From Camelus ferus (Eukaryota), in the NCBI RefSeq assembly GCF_009834535.1, contig NC_045696.1, forward strand, positions 38,504,001 to 38,568,000: a stretch of DNA of 64,000 nucleotides, read 5' to 3'. The position numbers and the translations under genes were made by a program. Below the pieces are notes generated by a model. That model was not told where the DNA came from. It did not search any database and saw only the letters and a program-made list of their open reading frames with translations. This document shows positions 12,658 to 24,365 of this stretch, one piece after another (the first letter of the stretch is position 1; every line of letters starts with the position of its first letter).

Positions 12658-14699
12658 TAAATATATGTATATTTAATGCTCTCTTTGGCACAGATTAACA
12701 TGGAATTACTTTTCTCTCATTTGTAACCTCATAGGTATGAAGAAATATGCTTTTTATTAGGGAACTGTCCTATTACATTCTTGGTATTCATTACATTAAT
12801 AAACACATTTAAATTATTGCCAGGTAGTAACTTAAAAACTGTAAAATACGATTTAATAGCAGTAGCCATTCATGACTTAATATCCTCAGTTATTTGGGTC
12901 AAATTTTCATTGTTCTTAAAGAGACTTAAAAACATTAAGAGTTAATGGATGAGTGAATAGTCACTCTTAATATAAAAGAGTTAATATGAAAAGGCCCCTG
13001 TTTGTTTATGACTTAACATATTTCTGTAACTATAAACATAAAATATTAAATCTACAGCAATTGATATAGTAACTGAAATGTGACCCCTAAGTTTGTTCTC
13101 CTTCAGTGTCAGCCTTTATTTAAGGGTGTTCTGCAGAATGCTAGCATTCCTTCAGATGCTTCTTGGAAAATGATGTTCTGTGAATAAATGTTTTGGAAAT
13201 ATAGGAGTCAACAAAGTGAAGCAAATTGTGTTACTTTTGTTTCAGCATCAGTCTGTCAAAGGAATCTTAATTTGAGCACCAAACTCATTTTTTTATGCGG
13301 TCTCTCGTGGAACCAGAGATATTACACAGGATATATTTTGGGAAATATAGTTCTGTTTCGAATACTTACATGCAGAAAAAATTAAAATCAAATGAAATAA
13401 AACAAAAATCACCCCCACCCCCTACCCTCTGCTACTCTGAGAGAAATGTGTGGGCTGCAGAGCCAGACGCTCTTCCTGGGAGGGACCTGACAGCACTGCC
13501 TTAGGCTTCTCCTAAGTTTACTCCTGGAGCACTATTCCTTTATTCGTTAAAAGTGTAAAGGGGAAATACAAATTGAAGCCAGAAAAAGAAGACGAAAATT
13601 GAAAATGTGTTTTTTTGATAAACTAATGGAAGTAAAATTGTGGTTTTCACAAAAGTTTATTATATGATGGGCTTGGGAAAAAAAAGCTGATTGCAAATCA
13701 AAATGATTGCCCTTTTCTTACGAGGTCACCTGAAGGGTGAAGTATGGAGGTTGCTTGTGTTCTATGTGAATTACTTGTTTCATTTGAAGAAAATAAAATC
13801 AACATAAGGAAATCCCTGAGAATTTTCAATGCATATGTCGCCGAAAGAGTTAGGACTGCCAAGACTTTTTTTTCTCAATGTGTCACATAATCTTTGTATA
13901 ATTTATAAATGATAACAAAGCAATCAGGCCACATTCATAAAAGCCCAGTGACACATAATTTAGTTGAATCTGAGGATTAGAATTAATTGTCTCTCTTTAT
14001 TCTAAGTTCTAAATCTTAGTAAATGATTCACTGCATGTCATTACAGCTTAATATTTGCATGAAATCACAGTTTAGCTGGCATAATTTAACAGCAATTAAA
14101 AAGCTATTTAATCGTCATGCAAATTGGTATGAGAGCCCTTGAGTAAGAAGGGTGTCTGCCTTGTTTTTTTAAAGTATCTCTAGGCGGACGGTCATACACT
14201 TGCAGACACCGATAACTTAATTGATAACATTCTTCCTGTTCTTGGAAATATAAGTTAGTAATAATTCATGTTTTCCATTATAAATGAGAGAAGAGAACAA
14301 CAATATGAATATATCATTCTCTAGGAAGACATTATTACGATAATGATAATGAATCTTTATCTCCTAGGCATGAGTCTAGGTTGGAGATAAGAACCTACAC
14401 TTGTCTCTGTGCTCTAGTTTATAATTCCTTCCATATTTTCCTTTCTGAAGGCAGACGTTTTTATAATGCTCTGAAACATGAAATGGCATAAAACAAGGTA
14501 TGCAGAAACTTTTTAGAAAAACTAAATGCCCCATTTCTAGGTCTAGCTTTAGTTGATATGCATATAGTGACTGAGATTCCTACCCATCATGTTGTTGATA
14601 TCAGGATCCAGCAAAATAAAAAAGGAAGATATAACATTTCTTAATATCTCAAACCCAATTCACAGTCGTATTGATTTAAGAGTGATGTTATGTTACTTT

Positions 14700-15565
14700 A
14701 ATACCGTAAAACAGATCTTGCTACTGAGTCCTCTGTACTCATTTAGACCATTCCTCACACTATAGCCAGAATGCTCTTTTTAAAATACATCACTTCCATG
14801 CATAGAATCTGTCAGTTTCTTCCTGTTACATGTAGAAAAATATCCAGACTCATTCCAATGAGCCTAGCAGCCTTGCATTGTCTGGTCCCTTCCTGTTCCT
14901 TAAAACTCATTTCTTGCTTACCCCATTTGCATTCTAGCCACAGTGATTTTGTGCCAATTCCATGACTATTTTAAAATACTTTTGACTAAAGACTACACAT
15001 CTTCTACCTCTAATATTCTTCCAACTCGTCTGTACATCTTCCATATCATTTGCATGAGGCTTTCTCAGAATGTTTCTCAGTTTGGACCCCCTGGAGTTTT
15101 CTCCTGCCCTTGGACCAGAATTTATACCATCAGCAATCCTAGTATCTCTGGCCTTCAACCCAGGCTGGAGCTTACACACCAGCTTTCCTAGAACTCCAGC
15201 TTTCTGACTGCAGATCTTGGGGTTTTTCAGCCTCCATAATTGTGTTATCCAATTCAATATATATATATATATATATATATATATCAACTGATATAAATGC
15301 ACAGCCTAGAAAAAAGATTGGTCCCCTTGATACTTTTTATTTCAGCTCTTTTCCTTTTGATTTTCATAATTGCAATTATTATAAATTGAATTTTATTATT
15401 TTGTCGATGTGTATGTATTTATGTTTACCTAGCCATTTAGCTAAATGTAAATAACAAGAAAGCAGAAATAATGTCTATCAGACTCATGCTGTAAACTCAA
15501 GATCTAGCAAAGTAGGTGACACACATAGTGATTACTACAGAAAAGTATTTAATAAATGAATGACT
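14700..15565 (+). mobile_element. L2 3' region interrupted by an LTR fragment
   Basis: ccattcctcacactatagccagaatgctctttttaaaata..tccagactc.. and a 3' end tttaataaatgaatga at ~15548-15563. Confidence 0.65.
15090..15285 (+). mobile_element. MLT2-type (ERVL) LTR fragment with (TA)n, nested in L2
   Basis: ttctcctgcccttggac..ctctggccttc..ctccagctttctgactgcagatcttggggtttttcagcctccataattgtg..ccaattc (TA)n, the MLT2 3' region. Confidence 0.75.
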
Positions 15566-16848
15566 GTATTTTGAAATTCAAAAGGAGCTTTTACAAAAAC
15601 GTGAATTTCTTTCTATGGAGAGAATGTGACAGAGAATCCTTTTCCATCTTCTAAGCAAATTTTCCTGATATCAAATTTAAAGAAATGTTTTTGATTTCTT
15701 AAAACTAAGCCTTTCAAACATGGTAAGAATGTTATTTAATTTGTTATTTATGCAATGAATTACTTTTCAAATATGTATCTTAAGCACAGTCTGTTACAGA
15801 AAAGACTCTGTGGTATTTCACAATGAAGTACATGGTGCAATGCCTAGCACCTAGTAGACCTTCAGTTAATATTTGTTCAATGAATGATATGAAACTGAGG
15901 TTTGAAGGACTGTGATAGTTGTAAAAGATTGTTGATACAATTTTAAGAAAAGGCTGTAATAGTGAGAGGATATTAAGTACTGTATGTAGTGTGATCTGTA
16001 TTGAAAAATAGTGAGAAAGAAGCCTGAGGGAAGATGCTCATCGGTCATCCACGACCAACTTGGTTTATGCAGAGTCTCATTGACGAGTAAGAGGATTATG
16101 TGGATCTCCTGATAAGCTTTTAAAGACACACTTACTTTGTGTTTAGTAAAATTCATCTAAATTAAAGTCTAGACACCATATATATGGATACTTCCTTTTA
16201 TCCCTTCTGTGTAATGCTTCTATCCCATGAAATTGGCAAGACCTAGTAAAAGCTTTTGTGTAGCCTCCAGTTTCCCTTCCTCTTCCTCTTCTTCCAAAGT
16301 GCCTGTCCACGCTAAATTTATGGCCAGTTATTCTCAGCCTATGAGAAACAGATCCTCAGAGATTGTCAAAAGTAATGAATGGGAGTTTTAGTTACAAATC
16401 AAACATAGTTTGAAGACTGAAAGACTGAATACAGTATGTTTTATACATGTAAGTTATTATTTTTTTCAAAATTTTCAAATGGTGATGTAATTATTAAAAT
16501 GTAATTAAAACTATCACATGATTTAAAATAATGTTTGGTTATTGTATATTTTCAGTCAACAAATTTTAAAAGTTTAATTACGGTATCTTTTGGAGATGTA
16601 GCTTTTGGCATTAAATACTGAAATCATTATACCAAAAAGTTAAGATATAGACCATCTCCACTCCTAAGACTCTCTACTTATTAGACTTAATCAGATATTT
16701 TTAACCATATTTCTTTATCATTCCCAGCAGAAGAAAGAGTGCAAAGTAATATAAAAGACTAGCAAGTGTTTGCTGATGACGTTTTCAAGTTAGCATCGTA
16801 ATTCATTGTCCTATACATGTACATTTGTTTTTTAATTATTTTCTCTAG

Positions 16849-17184
16849 GGCCACCTTCAGCTCCCAGAAATGTGGCTTTTAACATCAATGAAACAGCCCT
16901 TATTTTGGAATGGAGCCCACCAAGTGACACAGGAGGGAGAAAAGATCTCACATACAGTGTAATCTGTAAGAAATGTGGCTTAGACACCAGCCAGTGTGAG
17001 GACTGTGGTGGAGGACTCCGCTTCATCCCAAGACATACTGGCCTGATCAACAATTCTGTGGTGGTACTTGACTTTGTGTCTCACGTGAATTACACCTTTG
17101 AAATAGAAGCCATGAATGGAGTCTCTGAGTTGAGCTTTTCTCCCAAGTCATTCACAGCTATTACAGTGACCACAGATCAAGACG
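16849..17184 (+). CDS. EPHA6: Internal coding exon (probably exon 5) of EPHA6; first fibronectin type III domain
   Basis: Acceptor ttattttctctag (AG 16847-16848) and donor G|GTAAGT at 17185. 336 nt, phase 1-1, in frame with the upstream exon (A+GG=Arg). Translates RPPSAPRNVAFNINETALILEWSPPSDTGGRKDLTYSVICKKC...HVNYTFEIEAMNGVSELSFSPKSFTAITVTTDQD, with Eph FN3 motifs LEWSPP-DTGGR-D and NYTFEIEA-NGVS. N-glycosylation sequons NET, NNS, NYT. Confidence 0.96.
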
Positions 17185-17468
17185 GTAAGTTCCATTGCTG
17201 TTCTCTCGAAACAGACCTATCATTCCTTTTATTCCTTAATATCCTTGGTGGACCTATATTCACTGAGGTGCAGTTGTATACTCTATACATTATAGGGGTG
17301 ATTTTCTGGTGGTTGTCCTTATTGTTTCCCAAGGTGCAGAAAGGTATTTTTGATATTACCTCTTAGTAGTATGGTAGTATGGTTAATTGGATATAATGCT
17401 TCTCTCTAATATCTATGCATTTTTGTTTATGAGCAAGTCCATTGAATTACCAGTGAACATCAAACATA

Positions 17469-17474
17469 AATAAA
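17469..17474 (+). promoter_or_regulatory. Candidate intronic polyadenylation signal AATAAA
   Basis: AATAAA about 100 nt after the TAG (17364-17366) that closes the exon read-through frame; a T/GT-rich tract (tctcttttgtatgt) follows at ~17521. The hexamer is common in AT-rich DNA. Confidence 0.35.
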
Positions 17475-18015
17475 ATGTCGCTAAATGAATTGAAATTCAG
17501 TTGCCCTACATATGTAGCCATCTCTTTTGTATGTCAAATAAGAAGATGGTAGGAATTTATGTTGATTTTAATTCCTATTTATATTATAAGAACAGTATAG
17601 CTAATATGCCTGACCATGATCCACTCTGAAAAGAAAGAGCAAAAAATATTTAGAAATGAGTCTAAGTGCTGTTGTTTAGGTGAAGTTTTTTGTAAAAAGT
17701 AGTTAAACTGTCTGTTTTAAAAATCCAATGGCTTTCAGCTGAAGATTTCCTTTATTACACTATAGGACTTTACTGCAGTGTAGTTAGGCATGGATATCCT
17801 ATGATTTTTATAAGTATATAGTCTCTTTAATTCCCCCATAACAATTTATCACAGAGCATGATATAGGAAAAGCTTCAGAGATTTTAAAAACTCCCTTTGA
17901 GAAGCATTCATGAATTAGGTGGATACACCAGTGATTGTGTTATAGCAGAAAGTATTGTTGTATATGAACACAGATAGATGAGACAAATTTATGCAGATAA
18001 AACTACTCTTATACG

Positions 18016-18398
18016 TGGTGTTTGTTTTCTAGGTCTACTATAATAAATGCCATAGACTAGGTACCTTAAACAACAGAAAATTTTTTAACCATTCTAGAGG
18101 CTAGAGGTCCAAGACTAAGGTACCTGCAGAGTTGATTTTTTTCTAAAGCCTCTCTCCTTGGCTTGCAGACAGCCATTTTCTCCCTGTGTCTTCCCATATT
18201 CTTTCCCTTGTACGTGTCTGTGTCCTAATCTCTTCTCATAAGGACACCATCATACTGAATTAAAACACACTCACATGACTTCACTTTACCTTAATTTCCT
18301 CATTAAAGGTCCTAACATCCAAATACAGTCACAATTCTAAGCTACTGAGGTGGGACTTCAATATATGAATTTTAGGGACTGCAAGTCAGTCCATTCCA
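18016..18398 (-). mobile_element. MLT1A-like MaLR solo LTR
   Basis: ttaaacaacagaaa..ttctagaggctagaggtccaaga..ctctctccttggcttgcagacagcc..gtgtcctaatctcttctcataaggacacc..ttcaatatatgaattttaggga..cagtccat; near full length. Confidence 0.85.
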
Positions 18399-18453
18399 GA
18401 TGCACGAAGGCAGCATCTGGTGATGTTTAAAATGAAAATATATCAAAAATGTT

Positions 18454-18747
18454 GGAATACTACTCAGCAACGAAAAAGAACCAACTGTGGGCAGATACAA
18501 CTTGGATGAAGTTTAAGGGCACTATGCTGAGTGAAAAAGCCAATCTCAAAAGGATTCACTTATGTAACCCTCTTGAAATAGCATAATCTTAAACAGATTC
18601 TTGGTGGCCAAGGGTTAGGGATTAGGGGGAGAGATATGTCTCTGTGAAAGTGTAGCAGGATAGAGCCTCGTAGTGGTAATACATTTACATATCTTGATTG
18701 TGATGGTAGTTACATGAAGTTAGATATGTGATAAATTGCACTGAGCT

Positions 18748-18780
<33 letters not shown>

Positions 18781-18978
18781 TACACACACACACACATACA
18801 TACATATAGGAGCCCTGTGGATTTTACCAATGTCCATTTCCTGGTTTTGATATTGCACTATAGTTATGCAAGTAATTAACATTGGGGGAGGCTAGGTAAA
18901 GGATGTATGGGACCTTGCTATACTTTTTTTTCTAATTTCTATGAATCTATAATTGTTGCAAAATAAAAAGTTTAAAAA
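18454..18978 (+). mobile_element. Old L1 3' end (L1MD-like) with internal (CA)n at ~18751-18806
   Basis: ggaatactactcagcaacgaaaaagaa..tatgctgagtgaaaaagccaatctcaaaagg..ttcctggttttgatattgcactatagttatgcaag..aaataaaaagtttaaaaa. Confidence 0.8.
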
Positions 18979-19734
18979 CATTGCTAAACCTGTAAAACAC
19001 AGGAAGAAAACTTTAATATTCTACTAAAAGCATATTTGTAATAATGGATATGACCATTTTATTCAAATATTATGTATAATTTCACTTTGCTGATAATCTT
19101 CAGAAATACAGCTAATAAATAAAGCAAAGCCAAAGAGTACTGTACAATCACCATTTTTATATTTACTATGTAGTATTTCCCTTCATTTAGCAAATTGCTT
19201 CACAGCATAGAATCTGCTTTATAGTTGTTCAAAATGGAATTTCTGTTTTCTCTTTCCTTAGTTCTTTCCCATAGTCTAAACAAATCCTTGTCAAATATGT
19301 CTTCAGAATGAGACAAATTAGGGTCTTCTGTTCCTCTCTGCATTAGCAAATTATTTCTAAGGCTTTATTTCTGCCACTTGATCAAAAAAATACAATCCAG
19401 TACAACCATTTTAACTATAGGATATAAATAATTAAGTTTGGGAATAAAACTAATATATCACCTTAAATAAAATATATATAAATAAAATATGTTTACATAA
19501 TTTCATACATTAAATGTACATTCTATGCCTTTCATTCTAGGATTAGAAGAGAGTTCATTTAGGCCATTTTTCTACCTAGCAGAAGGGCAGAATATGAATT
19601 ATTTCCCACTTTGAAAATGAGAGAATTTATTCAAAGTGTATTGCTGTAAGGGCAGAAAATATATTTTAAGCATGAAATAAGACATAGTATCCATAGATTG
19701 AGACTATACAAAATGATATGAGCTATTCATAAGC

Positions 19735-20060
19735 GTTTGATTTATTCAACATATATATGGTGGTGAGCAAGCCCTTATGAACATTACACTCTGGTGGGGA
19801 GGCAGATAACAAACAAATAATTTGACAAAGACATAATTAGTACTGTGATAAGTCCCACCAAGGAAAATCCAGGGTGCTCTGAGAGCATGTATTCTTCAGG
19901 TCTGAAGGATAAGGGCTGGTCTTCTTGAGGAAGCAGTATTTAAATTAAGTTCAGTTCCGAGAGATGAGTAGAATGTGAGTAGGTCAAATGAGGCCGGGAG
20001 AAGGGAAAGAATGCAGCATAGAAGGAACCAAGCAAAGATTGAGCAACTGAGGGATTAGGT
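19735..20060 (-). mobile_element. L2 fragment
   Basis: tttattcaac..gcccttatgaacattacactctggtggggaggcagataacaaacaaataa..ctgtgataagt..tcttgaggaagcagtatttaaatt. Confidence 0.55.
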
Positions 20061-22230
20061 GTTGATGACTAACATACTAAGAGCATCTAAGAAGTTGATA
20101 TATTGCAGAGGCACAACAGGATTTGGGGAAGGAACTGAAGATTTAACTTTAAATTTGGAGAAATGAGTTGCAAAATAGACAACACAGGTTAGAGAAACAA
20201 CCATTTAGCAGAAGATGCTGATATATTATCAGGGCTATAGACAGGAGAAAAGAAAATCAGCAGAATAATAATATACATGTGGTGACATTTGTCTGAATAC
20301 TAAGTAAAGTAGTAGAGACTGAGAAATACAGATAGTTGCACTAATTATGTTTTTATTACTCTATGTATGCACAGTGTGGAGCTTGAGGATAAAGGGAAAG
20401 TCTGCATTAAATTTGCTTTTCTTTCATGAAGTTAATTATTTGTATATGTCTTTTCTCATACTTAAGAAGTATTAAGGAAACAACATTAAACAACCTTGAC
20501 TTAATTGTTTGCTATCTGTTTACAATTAAATAAATGTAAAAAAAAAATCTTTTCCAAATCACTTAGAACCATTTAGCTATAGTTAGAAGAAACATTCCTT
20601 GATTATCCTGATTCTAGTTGGATAAATAAGATTATAGATTTAGAACTATGACTCTCATAATTAGAAATCTTTGCAATAAACCTTAATTAACTGACTTCTA
20701 CATTCCCTAAGAGCTATATTTGCAACCTTCTATTTTCATAGTTTATTTAAATGGTCTTTAAAGGTGGTTCATTTAGAGGGGAAAACAAGAGAGCAACACC
20801 TAGGAAACATTTGATTTTAATCTTCAGTGCATGTTAGAAAAAAAATAAGATGTGTAGTTTAGTAGAAGGAATTATTCGGGTCGTAGACAGTAAAGGAAAA
20901 TGTTGATCATGGATAGTCAGCCTGAAACAAATTGTGTTTGTAGATATCCTGACATGTGCAAAAACCTTTAGGGACTATGTTCAAAGTGAAAGACATGCTA
21001 AATTACCAACCAATTCTGCTGGTATTTCCTAAAGGGTCTTTAAAGCAATTATTGTCAGAAGCAGTTTGTCCAATTCTTTTGCTTCTTAAAATATATATTC
21101 AGCAGTCCTATCCCTGCCATTGCGTGGGTATTCTGTATAGGTTTTGCCTTAGGATTACATTTTGCAGGCTAATATATGCAGATTTCATATATTTGCTCAG
21201 GCAACAATAATTAATTGAACTGATATTGAAAATAGATTTAAATAAACAAGTCTCCATATATGTATAAACTTGAAATATCTATTTGATTTACCGTTCACTG
21301 CATTCTGAAAATACAATCTGTTTCAAATATGGACGTTTTGCATGTTGCTAGAGTAGGTAATTAGGGATATTGTAAAGATTCATTCATCTTTATGTCTGTA
21401 TTTTAATTGTTTTTGGTCTGGATATCCCTCATAATCTTCAGTGTGTTTTCAAAATTCTTGACAGTGAATACTCTTTTTTTCTAAGTCTATTCAAAATAAA
21501 AGAAATTGGTGTAAAAATCTTAAATGCTTACTAAAAATACACTGAATATAAGCTAGTGACTTGATAAGTTAGAAAAGGAAAAAGCATTAACCATAATTTA
21601 AGCTGAGTGATGCTATACTATTTGTATTTTTTATATTTCTTAGACATAAGAAAATTACATATTCAAAACCTACACTTTATATTGAAGGATAAAATTCCTA
21701 TCTCCTAGGAAGAGTGTTTTTCTTCCAAAAAGTGCACTGAATATTTTATGTAAGGGAGATAATTTAAATGTCAGTCTAGTTAATCATAACTAAATAACTT
21801 TATATTCTAGCCCAAAATTAAATTATAATAGAGTCTAGATGATTGTAAACTTTGTTTTTACTCCTAGGAAACATCAAATTACTTCCAAGTCTAGTGTCTT
21901 TTTGTGGCATGCATCTTTTGAATAAATGAATGGTGTAGAAAAGGCTTTTAGACCCTAGCAGTGAGTTTCCTGAAGTTGGTCAGTGGCTCAGCTCGCAGTC
22001 AGCAAGTATAGAAACCGAACTGCTCCCAGCCACTTACACACAATAGCACACGCGTGTCTGTCGCACTGGATCATAATCATATTTTGATAGTTTGCTTTTC
22101 TGACCAATATGTAAGCTTCTTGAAAACAACAATGATGTGTTATTTGAGCATATCCTCAACCTATTTTGTCTGTAATTTAATAAATCTATTTACCGCATTA
22201 ACAAAAATTATAGATGGTTTCAGTTAATCT

Positions 22231-22590
22231 TTCATTCATTATTTCATTCACTCAAAGTATTTATTGAATATTTTCTATCTGCCCAGAACTGTTCTATGTG
22301 TTAGGAATATAGCAGTAAAGGAGAAATACAAATGGTTAACCAGGTACCTTCCTTCATGGACATTATATTTTAGTGCCAAGTAGCGATATGTCCCATGATG
22401 AAAAACTAAGCAGAATAAGAGATTTGGAAGTAATGGGGAGGGGGCTTTTTACATAGGGCAACCAAATAGACTGCTCTTGACAACATAACATTGGAGCAGA
22501 TCATGAATTAAGGAGAAAACCCTGTGAATATAAAAGATGATTCTAGGCAGTGGGAATCAAAAGAACAAAGCCTTAAATTTAACCAGGAAT
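22231..22590 (-). mobile_element. L2 3' end fragment
   Basis: ttcattcatt..caaagtatttattgaatattttctatctgcccagaactgttctatgtgttaggaatatagcagtaaa. Confidence 0.75.
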
Positions 22591-23564
22591 TTGTCTAGAA
22601 AGTAACTAGGATATATTATTGCATGTATATTCTTCAACATATTCTAAATTTCATGGTCACTAAGTCCTCTGGTCCTGTCCTTACAGAATTTTTAGCAAAA
22701 GGTTTTAATCAACACTAAACCATCCGTTAGTAGCAATCATGGTTTTTCTTGATGATCATACATTGCTAGAGAAATGTGCTTAATCCTAAACTTGTCTTTA
22801 AGCAGTTGGCTTTTAGAATCATCAGCTGTTTCTCTGAGAAATTCTCATTTGTACATTTTTCAGGAAAGGTGACTAAGTGTTTTCTTTAGCAATAAAATAA
22901 TTAGATCTTATTGCTATTTTGATGCCTCTACTATTAGATTAACAATTTTATGGCATTTCTCCTACAAATTGGAAAGTAGTAATAGGGATTGTTTGGTAAA
23001 ATATTTTAAATCCTATAAAAATAAACTGGTTAGCAGCGAAGATAAGTGCATATGATCACATTTTACATAATCTGTAACTATCATATGATATAAGGCTCTA
23101 CTTTATGGCTAAGCAAATGTCTGGCAAATTGTTTGTTATTTTCAATGCAGTTCTTTGTTTTGAAAATGGAAGCCAGTTTAATTTCATTAACTAATCTCTG
23201 CCTGCATAAGAGACTGACTGATTTGGATAACTGCTTCAAATGTGGTTACTATAAAGTACTAGGTTTTAATTTCGGGGGAAAATTTTCCAAAAGTCCCTTT
23301 TACTTTAAAGTAAATATTAATGAAGATTTTTAAAAAGTTAATCTGTAAGAATAAAATTAAAACATTGTCAAGACTGACAGATTATTCTGATCATTATTAA
23401 AAATGTGAAATGTCTTCATCTTAATAGTTTGTAAAGATTGAAAACTAATTGCTGACCTTTTAATCAGACTGAAATCCACTATAGCATCTTTAGATTAAGT
23501 AGCTTTTTTTTTTCTTCCATGTATTCCTCAGCACTTTTCTATTTGGTTTGGATTCTAAAACAGT

Positions 23565-24365
23565 CAGTTCCAGCTACATAATTTGTGATGCCCAGTGAAA
23601 AATGAAACTGCAGGACCTTTTGTTCAAAAAGCAGGAAAAAAGGGCCGTTAAAGGTACTAAAATATAAAGCTTTTTCCTTCTGCAATTTCTCTCTCTCAAT
23701 TTGTAATGGTGCTTTTTTAATTGCCATTTAATGTCCTTTTAAGTAAAGAAAAAGTAAATTTCAAATTATTACCATACACTTTACCATTTGTCTTTATATT
23801 GCTCAATGCTTCTTTTAAATGTAAACATAAGAGCATTTAACTCATGTGGAATCATAAAAATCACACAGTTCTTTTCCTATAGTCCCGCACCACTCCCCAT
23901 CCCCAGTCCCCAAGGGTGTCTCAAGTAGACCAGAACAGACAAGTGTAAGACTCAGAAAGTTTGGAAAAAGGAAGAGAGGGACCCCACTGGAGACAAGGGA
24001 CAACCCAGGAATGTGGTCCTCTGTCCTCAGAAGTTAACATAGTCATTTAACCCAGGTGGAGAGTGGCAGCAATCAAGGAACAGGGCAGGAATTGCAAGAC
24101 TGTATGGCGGAGAGCAGGAGAGTGTGCAGGAAAAACACATCCAGAGGGCTATGGTGGGGTAGGTGGCCAGAGCCTAGACTTTGCCTAGAGCCGGGGATTC
24201 AAGCTCCCAGTGCGTGCTCCATTGTCCCAGCAGACTTCACTTACAAAACATGAGTTAAAGGTAAAATTATTAAGAATTTCAAGATGGCAACAGCTGAGCA
24301 TTAAACCCTAAGCGGGGTTAGGGAGCTATGCAGCTGTGTAAGTCACACTCATGAAACCAGCTCTG
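23565..24365 (-). mobile_element. MER45-family (hAT-Tip100) non-autonomous DNA transposon, long variant, both ends present
   Basis: Ends match MER45 termini: cagttccagctacataatttgtgatgcccagtgaaaaatgaaa at left and aagaatttcaagatggcaacagctgagcattaaacc..catgaaaccagctctg at right. 8-bp TSD aaaacagt (23557-23564) / aaaacatt (24366-24373). Confidence 0.85.

Larger units (their letters stand above)
2359..16848 (+). other. EPHA6: GT-AG intron between the two EPHA6 exons (14,490 nt)
   Basis: GTAAGT...CTCTAG boundaries; the reading frame is preserved across the junction. Confidence 0.92.

Noticed and set aside
12391..12701. ORFs rich in CV/YI/HT repeats (similar ones at 18685 and 54853-55202)
   Set aside because: Translation of dinucleotide microsatellites.
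16872..17366. 164-aa ORF treated as a stand-alone gene
   Set aside because: It is the EPHA6 FN3 exon plus intron read-through; the 'start' is an internal GTG (Val) codon.
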